Part shown: positions 40,120 through 49,428 of the stretch, in pieces | Layout of the letters: each line of letters starts with the position of its first letter | Position numbering within the stretch: the first letter of the stretch is position 1 | Virus record (IMG/VR): IMGVR_UViG_3300032335_001351 | Span: 1-50,163 of that record | Length of the DNA stretch: 50,163 nucleotides | Origin: a virus | Taxonomy: Duplodnaviria > Caudoviricetes | Reading direction: 5' to 3' (one strand) | Notes under the pieces: generated by a model | Databases searched by the model: none | What the model was told of the DNA's origin: nothing | Seen by the model: the letters and a program-made list of their open reading frames with translations, nothing else | Position numbers and translations under genes: made by a program

Positions 40120-41316
40120 ATGTCACAAGAACTACTAGAAAGTCGCTGGGGCGAAACCAAAGAAGCTCTGCTTGAAGGTTTGAACGGCACCAAGCGCAAC
40201 AGCATGAGTGTTATCCTCGAGAACACTCGCAAGTACCTGAAAGAAAACGCAAGTGCAGGTAGCACCGTTGCTGGCAACATTGCTACATTGAACCGCGTGA
40301 TTCTTCCAGTGATCCGTCGTGTAATGCCCACCGTTATTGCTAACGAGTTGGTTGGCGTTCAGCCCATGACCGGCCCCGTGGGTCAAATCCACACTCTGCG
40401 TGTACGTTACGCTCAGAGCTTGACAGACAACAGCTTGGCTCAGACTTCGGTCACAGCCGGTGAAGAAGCTCTGTCACCATTCAAGATTGCCACTGCATAC
40501 TCAACAGTGCCCCAGAATACTGCTACTGCTACCAGCTACACTGGTGGTGCTACAGCTACCATGGAAGGTACTGGCGGTAAGCAGATCTCTGTGCAGATCC
40601 TGAAGCAGGCTGTTGAAGCCAAGACTCGTAAGTTGCAAGCTCGTTGGACATTTGAATCTGCACAAGACGCACAAGCCATGCACGGTATTGACGTTGAAGC
40701 AGAAATCATGGCTGCACTGGCTCAAGAAATTACAGCTGAAATTGATCAGGAGATTCTCCTGTCCCTACGTTCTTTGGCTGCTACTGAGTTCACATACAAC
40801 CAGGCTACTGTATCTGGTACTGCTACATTCGTTGGTGACGAACACGCTGCTCTGGCTGTTCTTATCAACCGTGTTGCTAACCTGATCGCTCAGCGTACAC
40901 GTCGTGGTGCTGGTAACTACGCCGTTGTTAGCTCAGCTGCCTTGACTGTGCTCCAGTCTGCAACTACTTCAGCTTTTGCTCGTACCACTGAAGGTACTTT
41001 TGAAGCTCCTACCAACACCAAGTTCGCTGGTACCTTGAACGGTTCTATGCGTGTGTTCGTTGACAGCTATGCCAACGACACCACTCCTGTGTTGGTTGGT
41101 TACAAAGGTTCAAGTGAAGCTGACGCTCCTGCATTCTACTGCCCATACATTCCTTTGATGAGCAGCGGTGTTGTTCTGGATCCGTCAACATTCGAACCAG
41201 TCGTGAGCTTCATGACTCGTTATGGCTACATTGAGCTTACTAACACTGCTAGCAGCTTCGGCAACGCTGGCGACTATGTTGGTGAGATCGCTGTGTCTAA
41301 CCTGTCTTTCAGCTAA
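40120..41316 (+). CDS. gp23: Major capsid protein (T4 gp23-like)
   Basis: IRRVMPTVIANELVGVQPMTGPVGQI, VEAKTRKLQARWT, EITAEIDQEI, FYCPYIPL and FMTRYG. Confidence 0.97.
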   Translation: MSQELLESRWGETKEALLEGLNGTKRNSMSVILENTRKYLKENASAGSTVAGNIATLNRVILPVIRRVMPTVIANELVGVQPMTGPVGQIHTLRVRYAQSLTDNSLAQTSVTAGEEALSPFKIATAYSTVPQNTATATSYTGGATATMEGTGGKQISVQILKQAVEAKTRKLQARWTFESAQDAQAMHGIDVEAEIMAALAQEITAEIDQEILLSLRSLAATEFTYNQATVSGTATFVGDEHAALAVLINRVANLIAQRTRRGAGNYAVVSSAALTVLQSATTSAFARTTEGTFEAPTNTKFAGTLNGSMRVFVDSYANDTTPVLVGYKGSSEADAPAFYCPYIPLMSSGVVLDPSTFEPVVSFMTRYGYIELTNTASSFGNAGDYVGEIAVSNLSFS

Positions 41317-41338
41317 TCCACTACTGGATTACACATCC

Positions 41339-41361
41339 AAGGGCCCTTCGGGGCCCTTTTT
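41339..41361 (+). terminator. Rho-independent terminator after the capsid gene
   Basis: GGGCCC-TTCG-GGGCCC followed by TTTTT (cUUCGg loop). Confidence 0.9.
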
Positions 41362-41384
41362 CATGACCAGCTAAATATTGCACT

Positions 41385-41447
41385 ATGGACTTACTGCAAT
41401 TGTATTTTGATCCAGCCACAGGCGAGATTGTGTATTACAATCCTTGA
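41385..41447 (+). CDS. Possible 20-aa microprotein MDLLQLYFDPATGEIVYYNP
   Basis: Preceded by TAAATA (41372-77); ends 1 nt from the convergent gene's stop. Confidence 0.35.
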   Translation: MDLLQLYFDPATGEIVYYNP

Positions 41448-41448
41448 A

Positions 41449-42597
41449 TTATACTTTGAACCAACTTAAAAATTTAGCAATCTTGCCAGTGACCAAAGTC
41501 CAGTCACCGCGCTGAGGTTGTCTAAACAGTCTTGCACTGCTGTACCAAGGACTTGAGTCCTGATTCAATAACCAACGCCAGTCAGTGGCAAAAGCATTGA
41601 GCATGATCCAAGTGGGTCGGCCCAAGGCACCGCTGAGATGACTCACAGCAGTGTCAACACCTACCACAACGTCAAGATTCATCATCAATGCTGCGGTATC
41701 GTGAAACCCAGTGATGGCTCCAGGAAACAATTTCACACCAGCGTCAGCCAAGGCCTGGCATTCATCTTCTGTGGCATCAATTTGCAAATTGATCCACTCG
41801 TACTGTGGGTTGGCCCGTATCATGTCCAGCACCACTGGAAATGGCACGCTCTTGTGCTGATTGAGCCAACTATCTCTGCGCCCGCTCCAACTCAAGCCCA
41901 CACGCAATCGATTTTTTGGACCCAGCCGCTGTTGCCAAGACTTGACAAGGTCATCATGAGCATTGATATAACTCATGGGGCGAGCCATGTTTTCCAAGGT
42001 CACACCCAGCACACCAGGAACGCTCATGATGGGACACCAATAGTCAAACTCGGGCGGGGTCTGATCATAACCGCCTACCCACTGTATGACATCGCTTACT
42101 CCAAACAAGGGAATCAAACCATCAGTAACTTGTAACAGCACTCGTGCACCCATGACATGCAGGTTGTACAAAAATCTCACAAACTGGATGTTGTCTCCGT
42201 GTCCTTGTTCGCCCACTACCAAAATGGTTTTGTCTTTGAGATCTTGCCCTTGCCAGCGTGGTTCACTGTGCTGTGGCAGTGTACCAGCTAGGTGTTCGTA
42301 TTGCCAACGCCACTCATACTGAGGCCAGCCTCGAGCATAGTCTCCCATGAGCAAATAGGCCACAGCCAGGTTGAAGTGTGCTGTGATGTTGCTGGGGTCC
42401 AGCTCACGGGCCATTTCCAAAAATGGTATGGCACGTCGCGGGAAGCCCAACTCGCGAGTGACATTGCCATAGTTGTTCCAAGCCGCAGCGGCTGTGGGAT
42501 CAGCTACAAAAGCCATGGCATAGCACTGCAAGGCTTTTTCAGGTTCGTGTTGGGCTCGGTATTCATTGCCCTGATCGATGAGATGATTGATGTCCAT
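41449..42597 (-). CDS. TPR-repeat glycosyltransferase (GT9-like/GT-B)
   Basis: N-terminal TPRs (AAAWNNYGNV, AHFNLAVAYL), EQGHGDNIQFVRF, LDVVVGVDTAVSHLSGALGRPTW and DWRWLL...SPWYSSARLFRQ. Confidence 0.88.
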   Translation of the reverse strand: MDINHLIDQGNEYRAQHEPEKALQCYAMAFVADPTAAAAWNNYGNVTRELGFPRRAIPFLEMARELDPSNITAHFNLAVAYLLMGDYARGWPQYEWRWQYEHLAGTLPQHSEPRWQGQDLKDKTILVVGEQGHGDNIQFVRFLYNLHVMGARVLLQVTDGLIPLFGVSDVIQWVGGYDQTPPEFDYWCPIMSVPGVLGVTLENMARPMSYINAHDDLVKSWQQRLGPKNRLRVGLSWSGRRDSWLNQHKSVPFPVVLDMIRANPQYEWINLQIDATEDECQALADAGVKLFPGAITGFHDTAALMMNLDVVVGVDTAVSHLSGALGRPTWIMLNAFATDWRWLLNQDSSPWYSSARLFRQPQRGDWTLVTGKIAKFLSWFKV

Positions 42598-42647
42598 GTT
42601 GATATTTAAGAATCCTGGAGCTAGGTACTACAATTATGTGATCAAGC

Positions 42648-42737
42648 TAAATACTTGTCAACGCAATTCGGCGTTTTATGCGGATACCACCGCGTAGTGG
42701 CTAGAACCCACATTGGACTTCTTTAAGGAGAAAACAA
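42648..42737 (+). promoter_or_regulatory. Late promoter plus structured 5' leader with three hairpins
   Basis: TAAATA at 42648-53; stems AACGC/GCGTT, TATGCGG/CCGCGTA and GTGG/CCAC; SD AAGGAG. Confidence 0.55.
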
Positions 42738-43499
42738 ATGGGACGTCCTCTCAAAATACAAAAAACTAACAACAGCATTCCTACCGACGTTGGCTATCCC
42801 AACTTTGGCAGCTTGACTGCACCTGTGGTCAATTCAGCTGACACTCTCAGCAGCACTGAATTCTTGGGCGTGGTGGGTGGTGCAACCCCTACTGATACTC
42901 CCAGTGCTACTTTCCCCAGAATTGAAGTAATTGTAAACATTGCCAACCCTTCAGGCACAGGTCTGGGCGTGGCAACCGGTTACATCATCCGTCAAAAGGG
43001 TTCACACAAGTATCTCGTGGGCGACACTACCGGTGTCACTGACGGTAGCTTCTTGGTGGGACAGGCCTACCAAGTCACTGCTTTAGGAACAACCAATTGG
43101 CAAGCCATTGGTGCCGAAGCTGACATTGGCGTAGGCGGTGTTTTCACTGCCACTGGTGCCAACGGCGGCGGTAACGGAACTGCCAACAGCGTGGGCATCT
43201 GTGTGTTGGACGACGATGCAACCCCAGCAGCTGGCTTGATGGCCATTACCTTTACCAACACAGATTCTACTGCAACCACAGTGAGTAAGTTAACCAACAA
43301 ATTCCTGTTGGATTGGACTGGCGGCAGCGACTATGCAGCTACCAGCGTAGTGGGTGACAAGCGTTACTCAGCCAACTTCTTCACAGACGAAGGCACTGTG
43401 ATCAAGTCAGGTACCACTGGCGCTGCCAACACTGGCACAGTGGCCAGCGGTCAACAGAATCTGCTTGACTTGGCCATTGTTGACAACGTTACATCTTGA
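42738..43499 (+). CDS. Putative virion structural protein
   Basis: 253 aa, Thr/Gly-rich; begins MGRPLK; contains GYIIRQKGSHKYLV; strong SD. Confidence 0.75.
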   Translation: MGRPLKIQKTNNSIPTDVGYPNFGSLTAPVVNSADTLSSTEFLGVVGGATPTDTPSATFPRIEVIVNIANPSGTGLGVATGYIIRQKGSHKYLVGDTTGVTDGSFLVGQAYQVTALGTTNWQAIGAEADIGVGGVFTATGANGGGNGTANSVGICVLDDDATPAAGLMAITFTNTDSTATTVSKLTNKFLLDWTGGSDYAATSVVGDKRYSANFFTDEGTVIKSGTTGAANTGTVASGQQNLLDLAIVDNVTS

Positions 43500-43516
43500 T
43501 TTTGATGTAATCTCAC

Positions 43517-43545
43517 AGTCCTCCCTGCTACATACAGGGAGGATT
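43517..43545 (+). promoter_or_regulatory. SD-sequestering hairpin with TACATA in the loop
   Basis: AGTCCTCCCTG-CTACATA-CAGGGAGGATT; ATG at 43550. Confidence 0.65.
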
Positions 43546-43549
43546 TTCT

Positions 43550-44137
43550 ATGAGTAGAGCATTTGTTTTGGGCAATGGCCGCAGTCGACAAGGACTGGAT
43601 TTGAACTTGTTACAGAGCTTGGGCAACGTTTATGGTTGCAATGCACTGTATCGAGATCACATGCCCACGGTGCTAGTGGCCACAGATCGCCCCATTGCCG
43701 AAGAGATTCAAAATCAAGGTGTGCCTAGAAAAACTCGCTTCTATACTCGCAAGCCCATGCCTGGCGTTGGATCTCTGCGTGTGCCACAGCGATATTTTGG
43801 TTTTAGTTCTGGACCCATAGCCGCTGCACTGGCAGCACAGGACGGTGCCAGTGCCATATATCTCTTGGGATTTGACATGGGCGCCAGCGAAACTGGACAC
43901 TTCAACAATGTGTATGCCAACACGGAATTCTACAAAAAAAGCAGTGCTCAACCCACGTATTCAGGCAATTGGACACGACAGTTAGTTACAGTGATGCAAG
44001 ATTTTCCCGATCGTTCGTTTTTTAGAGTGTCAGGATCTTTGACCGCAGCCATAGACGAGTTCAAGCACGTAAAAAATTTGGCAACCATGCCCCTAGCAGA
44101 CTTCTTGGACCGAATAAATAACACAAAGGAACTCTAA
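43550..44137 (+). CDS. Hypothetical protein with glycosyltransferase/MptE-like Rossmann motifs
   Basis: AFVLGNGRSR, VYGCNALYRD, SSGPIA and IYLLGFDM. Confidence 0.65.
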   Translation: MSRAFVLGNGRSRQGLDLNLLQSLGNVYGCNALYRDHMPTVLVATDRPIAEEIQNQGVPRKTRFYTRKPMPGVGSLRVPQRYFGFSSGPIAAALAAQDGASAIYLLGFDMGASETGHFNNVYANTEFYKKSSAQPTYSGNWTRQLVTVMQDFPDRSFFRVSGSLTAAIDEFKHVKNLATMPLADFLDRINNTKEL

Positions 44138-47100
44138 ATGTCTACGGTCAAGCGATATACTGGCAATCTCACTTTTCAAGGCTTGACAGCCAACAGTGTT
44201 GTTTCGTTCAACAGCAATTCCAGCATCTTGATCAATGGCGATCTTGAAGTGCTGGGCAACACCACATTGAGTGGCAACATTTCGGGTGACAGCCTCAATT
44301 CTGGAACTACTTCTATTCAAATTCCAGTTCCGAGCGGCAATGCCAACATTACCATTGGTGGTGTTAGCAATGTGTTTGTGGTATCTACCACAGGTGCTGC
44401 GATCACTGGCAATCTTGCAGTTTCAGGCACACTCACAGCTGGTGCGTTTGCACCCTCTTCTCTCAGTGTATCAGGCAATATTTCTGGTACCAACGTCAAT
44501 GCAGCCGGCAATGTTTTCATCACGCAAAATGCCAGCGCCAATACCCCCACAGTGAGACTGACAGACAGCAACACTGCCGCTACAGCCAACACTGTGATTG
44601 GCAGCTATGAATGGTTTGCTACTGACAGTTCTGCACCTGGTGCTAGAGTAGTTGCTGCTGTTCGTGCCAACACTGTGGACACCGCAGGCAATGTTAGAGT
44701 TGACATCCTGACTGGCAATTCTGCATCACTGATTCAAAGTGTTAGTGTGTTGCCCAACGGCAATGTAGGTGTGGCCAATACTACTCCTGGACATCTTTTT
44801 AGTGTAAACGGCGCTGGCTACTTTGGTACCACAGTCACAGCCGTGGGCAACGTGGTTGGTGGCAACATCACCACTGGTGGTCAGGTAGCAGCTACTGCCA
44901 ACGTCACTGGCGGCAATATTGTCACAGCTGGACAAATATCTGCCACAGGCAACATATTAGGTGGCAACTTAGCCATAGGAGGCGCTGCTACCGCTGCCAG
45001 CTTTAGTGCATCAGGCAACGTATCTGCTGGCAACAGTGCTATTTCAGGCGTGGGAGTTGTAACTGGAAACATCACGGGCGGTAACATACTCACAGCTGGT
45101 GTGGTGTCAGCAGCTGGTAACATCACAGGTGGATCGTTACAGGTGTCAGGAACAGCCAATGCGGCCAGCTTGACTGGTGGGGTAGTGTCAGTAACTGGTG
45201 CTATCACTGGCGGTAGTACATTGAGTGTGCCTGGTAACATCACTAGCGGCAACGTGGGCACCGCTGGACGAATATCAGCCACTGGCAACATTGTCAGTGC
45301 TGGATTTTTTATTGGTGACGGTAGCCAACTCATCAACGTCACAGCCGCATCCAACGTCACAGTGACCACATTGGCCAATGGCACTACCAGCATGCAAATC
45401 TTGGGCAGCGGTGGCAACATTGTAGCCAACGTAGGCGGAACAACCAATGTGGCTTTGTTTACTCCCACTGGCATAGTAGTCAGTGCATTGTCGGCCACAG
45501 GCAACGTCACAGGTGGCAACATTGTCACATCAGGTGTGGTTTCCACATCAGGCAATGTACAAGCGGCCAATGTCAACGCTGGACTTGGAGCATTTACTAC
45601 CATAACTGGCAATGCCAATGCCACCAGTCTCACATCAGGCACAGTACCATCGGACCGATTAACTGGTACCTATGCTATTAACATTTCTGGTACAGCAGCC
45701 ACAGCCAACACCGTGGTTACTGCTGCACAGCCTAACATCACCAGCGTGGGAACACTGACTTCGTTGGATGTAACAGCCAACGTACAGGCTGGTAATCTAC
45801 GTACATCTGGACAAATATCAGCCACTGGCAATGCCACTGTAGGCAACTTGATAACTTCTGGATTGATTTCTACCACTGGCAACGTAACTGCAAACAACAT
45901 CAGTGTAGGATTGGTCAGTGCTACAGGCAATACACAAGCTGGCAATTTGATTACAGGCGGTATAGTATCGGCCACAGGCAACACTTCGGCTGGCAATTTG
46001 ATTTCAAGCGGCATAGTGTCGGCCACAGGCAACATCACTGGCAATGTGTTTTTTGGATCAGCAGCAGGTCTAACATCAATACCAGGTGGCAATGTCACAG
46101 GCACTGTGGCCAACGCCACTTATGCAGTAAGTGCTGGTTCAGCCACCACAGCTACCACAGCTACCACAGCTGGCACTGTTACCACAGCAGCACAGCCCAA
46201 TATTACTTCGGTAGGCACATTGTCAGGATTGACAGTGACTACAGCATCTAGTCTAATATCACAACCTGTGACGTTCACGCAAACATGGAACAATGCTAAT
46301 GCAATTTTCACTGCTGTACGAGTAGACGTTAATACGACAGCGGCCAGTGCCGCGTCAAGATTCTTGGATTTGAGAGACGATTCTTCAACAGTGTTGTTTG
46401 TTGGTATCAATGGCGTGATTGACACTATTGGTAACATTGTAACCACTGCCAATGTGTCAGGTGGTAATTTAATAATCAGTGGCGGCATATTTGATGCAAA
46501 CCAACTTGATATTCAAACCACGGCTGCTAACGCCAACATTGTACTCACACCCAATGGCACTGGTAATGTCAACGTTGGGCGTGTCAGTGCATCAGGCAAC
46601 ATCACTGCTGCTGCATATTATGGTTCAGGTGCAGGACTGACATCCATCCCAGGTGGCAACGTCACCGGTACAGTGTCCAGTGCAACATCTGCCACCACAG
46701 CCGGCACAGTTACAACTGCTGCACAACCCAACATTACCTCAGTGGGCACACTGACAGGGTTGACAGTGACCAATACCATCACTGGCAACATCACTGGATC
46801 AGCCGGATCAGCCGGTTCAGCCACCACTGCTGTCACAGCTGGCACTGTTACCACAGCAGCACAGCCCAATATTACGTCTGTGGGTACATTGACATCAGTG
46901 TCTGTGACAGGTAATATCACAGGTGGTAACATTGTTACTGCCAATGCCACAATCATTGGGTCAACCGGCACAATCAGTGCGCTGGGCAACATCACAGGTG
47001 GCAACTTGTCTGTGGGCAACGGCACAGTTTCGCTCAACAACATTGTCAACAACGGCGCCAATGCAACTGGTAACATTGGATCGGCAAGCAACTATTTTAA

Positions 47101-47506
47101 TCGAGTGTTTGCCACAGCTACCACAGCACTTTATGCTGACTTGGCTGAATATTATCAGGCTGATGCTGAATACGAACCAGGCACAGTTCTGGTGTTTGGC
47201 GGCAACAACGAAGTCACCATTAGCACCGCTACCGCAGATTTTAGAGTAGCAGGCGTGGTAACAACTGACCCAGCCTATGTCATGAACGCCGGGCTTGAAG
47301 GTGAATTTACAGTGGCTGTGGCCTTGCAAGGGCGTGTACCAGTCAAAGTTTTTGGTCCAGTCAACAAGGGCGACTTGTTGGTTTCAGCTGCCAATGGGCA
47401 CGCCAGCGTCAACAATCAAGCCACAGCAGGCACAATCATTGGCAAAAGCCTGGAAAACTTTGAAGACATTCAGGGCACAATTGAAGTGGCAGTGGGCCGT
47501 TGCTAA
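44138..47506 (+). CDS. Long fibre-like protein with (I/V)SATGN(I/V)TGGN repeats and a chaperone-like C-terminal domain
   Basis: 1122 aa, rich in G/N/T/S/A; four AAQPNITSVGTL repeats; C-terminal YADLAEYY...PGTVL...VALQGRVPVKV...IIGKSLE. Confidence 0.8.
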   Translation: MSTVKRYTGNLTFQGLTANSVVSFNSNSSILINGDLEVLGNTTLSGNISGDSLNSGTTSIQIPVPSGNANITIGGVSNVFVVSTTGAAITGNLAVSGTLTAGAFAPSSLSVSGNISGTNVNAAGNVFITQNASANTPTVRLTDSNTAATANTVIGSYEWFATDSSAPGARVVAAVRANTVDTAGNVRVDILTGNSASLIQSVSVLPNGNVGVANTTPGHLFSVNGAGYFGTTVTAVGNVVGGNITTGGQVAATANVTGGNIVTAGQISATGNILGGNLAIGGAATAASFSASGNVSAGNSAISGVGVVTGNITGGNILTAGVVSAAGNITGGSLQVSGTANAASLTGGVVSVTGAITGGSTLSVPGNITSGNVGTAGRISATGNIVSAGFFIGDGSQLINVTAASNVTVTTLANGTTSMQILGSGGNIVANVGGTTNVALFTPTGIVVSALSATGNVTGGNIVTSGVVSTSGNVQAANVNAGLGAFTTITGNANATSLTSGTVPSDRLTGTYAINISGTAATANTVVTAAQPNITSVGTLTSLDVTANVQAGNLRTSGQISATGNATVGNLITSGLISTTGNVTANNISVGLVSATGNTQAGNLITGGIVSATGNTSAGNLISSGIVSATGNITGNVFFGSAAGLTSIPGGNVTGTVANATYAVSAGSATTATTATTAGTVTTAAQPNITSVGTLSGLTVTTASSLISQPVTFTQTWNNANAIFTAVRVDVNTTAASAASRFLDLRDDSSTVLFVGINGVIDTIGNIVTTANVSGGNLIISGGIFDANQLDIQTTAANANIVLTPNGTGNVNVGRVSASGNITAAAYYGSGAGLTSIPGGNVTGTVSSATSATTAGTVTTAAQPNITSVGTLTGLTVTNTITGNITGSAGSAGSATTAVTAGTVTTAAQPNITSVGTLTSVSVTGNITGGNIVTANATIIGSTGTISALGNITGGNLSVGNGTVSLNNIVNNGANATGNIGSASNYFNRVFATATTALYADLAEYYQADAEYEPGTVLVFGGNNEVTISTATADFRVAGVVTTDPAYVMNAGLEGEFTVAVALQGRVPVKVFGPVNKGDLLVSAANGHASVNNQATAGTIIGKSLENFEDIQGTIEVAVGRC

Positions 47507-47507
47507 C

Positions 47508-47546
47508 AGTCTAGAGTTTTGGTAAATACACCAAGGACTCTAGACT
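47508..47546 (+). promoter_or_regulatory. Long hairpin with TAAATA at the loop and AAGGA in the 3' arm
   Basis: AGTCTAGAGTTTTGGT-AAATAC-ACCAAGGACTCTAGACT; ATG at 47550. Confidence 0.7.
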
Positions 47547-47549
47547 TTC

Positions 47550-48329
47550 ATGACTCAACAAATCATCAACACTGGCGCAGTGGCCAATGACGGCACAGGC
47601 GAATCTCTGCGTGCTGCGTTTGATGCAGTCAACAACAACTTTTCTCAAATCTGGGCAGCTGGTCCAGTCAGTAGCAATGTAGTCATTCGTGGCAACATAG
47701 TCACGGTTCTAGGTTACAACAACAATCTTACCATAAGCGGCAATGGCATTGGCAATATACAGGCCAATTCTACCATGGTTCCAGCTCAAGACGGAGTGTA
47801 TGATCTTGGTGCTGTGAATCGCAGATTCAGCAGTGTGCACGGTCAGTATTTTTACGGCAACGGTAGATTTCTTACAGGTATTTCAGGTGGCGGCTCAGGT
47901 GGCGGTCAAGTAACATTCAGCAACAGTGCACCCTTGGTGGCCAACATTGGCGACATCTGGATTGAAGCTGACACCGCAGTACAGTACATTTATTTCAACG
48001 ACAATACTTCAAATCAGTGGGCTGAAATGGAAGCCTATCAAAGCTTCAGCGCCGGCGCAGCGGATCTCACACAAGTTACCAGCAATGTATTGCCCGCAGC
48101 CAATGTTGCCTACAGTATTGGCAACAGCACCGCTAGATGGCAATCAGTTTGGAGTCAAAACGTCACATCAGGCAATGTCACTGCTACACGAGCACTGCAA
48201 GCCCCGGTGTATACCAGCAACACAGCAAGAAACACTGCAATCCCAACTCCGCAGTCAGGAATGTTGGTGTTGGTGGGCAACAGCTTTCAGGGCTACAACG
48301 GCACAGCCTGGGTCAATTTGAACAACTGA
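47550..48329 (+). CDS. Structural protein with T4 gp9/gp10-like N-terminus
   Basis: QQIINTGAVANDGTGESLRAAFDAVNNNF. Confidence 0.75.
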   Translation: MTQQIINTGAVANDGTGESLRAAFDAVNNNFSQIWAAGPVSSNVVIRGNIVTVLGYNNNLTISGNGIGNIQANSTMVPAQDGVYDLGAVNRRFSSVHGQYFYGNGRFLTGISGGGSGGGQVTFSNSAPLVANIGDIWIEADTAVQYIYFNDNTSNQWAEMEAYQSFSAGAADLTQVTSNVLPAANVAYSIGNSTARWQSVWSQNVTSGNVTATRALQAPVYTSNTARNTAIPTPQSGMLVLVGNSFQGYNGTAWVNLNN

Positions 48330-48330
48330 T

Positions 48331-49416
48331 ATGAGCGTACTAAATTTTCCCACAAACCCCACCATAGGACAACTCTACAGTTTTGGTGACAAAACTTGGT
48401 ACTGGACCGGTCAAGGCTGGCGACTGACTTCGCAAGGTGCCATCAACGGCATACCCATTGGCAACATCACGCCCAGCACTGGCGATTTCACCACGCTGGA
48501 TGCTAATCAAATTACTGGCAGCAGCCTAGACATCAGTGGCTCAGTGGCCACAGGCAATACTCTGGTACGCGGTACATTGGAAGTCATAGGCAATGCTGAA
48601 ATTGGTGGCGTGGTCACTGACGAGGTAGATGTTTATGGCAACGTCATAGCCAATTATATTGAAAGTCGCGGGGAAATGTTGGCCCCGGGCAACATTACAA
48701 CTTACGGTTATTTTGTTGGTAACGGTCGAGCACTGACTGGCGTTGTGGCCAGCTCAGGCAGCTACATTGAGTTTGGCAATACCAGTGTTAAAATCCCGTT
48801 TAACAATGCCAATGTTTTGGTATCCGTGGCCAACGTGGCCAACGTGGCAGTTTTTACTCCCACTGGTTTGCAAGTTGCTGCCAATATCACAGCCAATGTG
48901 GTACAAGCCAACACATTTGTTGGTAACATTTCAGGTAATCTAGCAGCCCCGGGACAAGACAAAGAAGTACTTTTCAATGACGGTGGTGTGGTCAACGCAG
49001 TGTCGGGTTTTCAGTTCAACAAAACTGGCAATGTGCTGTCTGTGGCTGGCAATGTGGTTTCCGGCGGCAGCTTTGTGGGCTCAGGCACAGGCCTTACTGA
49101 GACCATGGTCAACCGTGGTGGAGATACATCAAATTGGAATGTGCTGCTGCAAATGGGCACTTATACGGTAAATAGAACAAATTGGGGTGGTGTAACTGGC
49201 CCTCCTCTGGACAGTTTGGTGTATGTGGGCTTGCTTGAAGTCAAGAACAGTGCAGTAGCAGGAAATGTAGCTGTTTCCCAAACATTCTATCCAGGCACAA
49301 TTGATAATTTTGAAAATGTAAAAATTGAATTTACAAGAAATTATTGGGCAGGGGCCTGGACCCCATGGATAAAAATGACAAACGACGACCAGCAGATTGA
49401 TGGCGGAACGTTTTAA
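48331..49416 (+). CDS. Fibre-like protein with probable C-terminal knob domain
   Basis: The N-terminus is LNFPTNPTIGQLY...WYWTGQGW. The C-terminal WNVLLQMGTYTV...GLLEV...SQTFYP...FTRNYW..WTPW resembles pyocin-knob domains. Confidence 0.7.
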   Translation: MSVLNFPTNPTIGQLYSFGDKTWYWTGQGWRLTSQGAINGIPIGNITPSTGDFTTLDANQITGSSLDISGSVATGNTLVRGTLEVIGNAEIGGVVTDEVDVYGNVIANYIESRGEMLAPGNITTYGYFVGNGRALTGVVASSGSYIEFGNTSVKIPFNNANVLVSVANVANVAVFTPTGLQVAANITANVVQANTFVGNISGNLAAPGQDKEVLFNDGGVVNAVSGFQFNKTGNVLSVAGNVVSGGSFVGSGTGLTETMVNRGGDTSNWNVLLQMGTYTVNRTNWGGVTGPPLDSLVYVGLLEVKNSAVAGNVAVSQTFYPGTIDNFENVKIEFTRNYWAGAWTPWIKMTNDDQQIDGGTF

Positions 49417-49428
49417 AAAGGTAAAAAT

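Noticed and set aside
44881-47091. Long antisense ORFs over the fibre gene (also 13027-14226 and 37598-38185)
   Set aside because: Explained by codon bias and low-complexity sequence on the coding strand.
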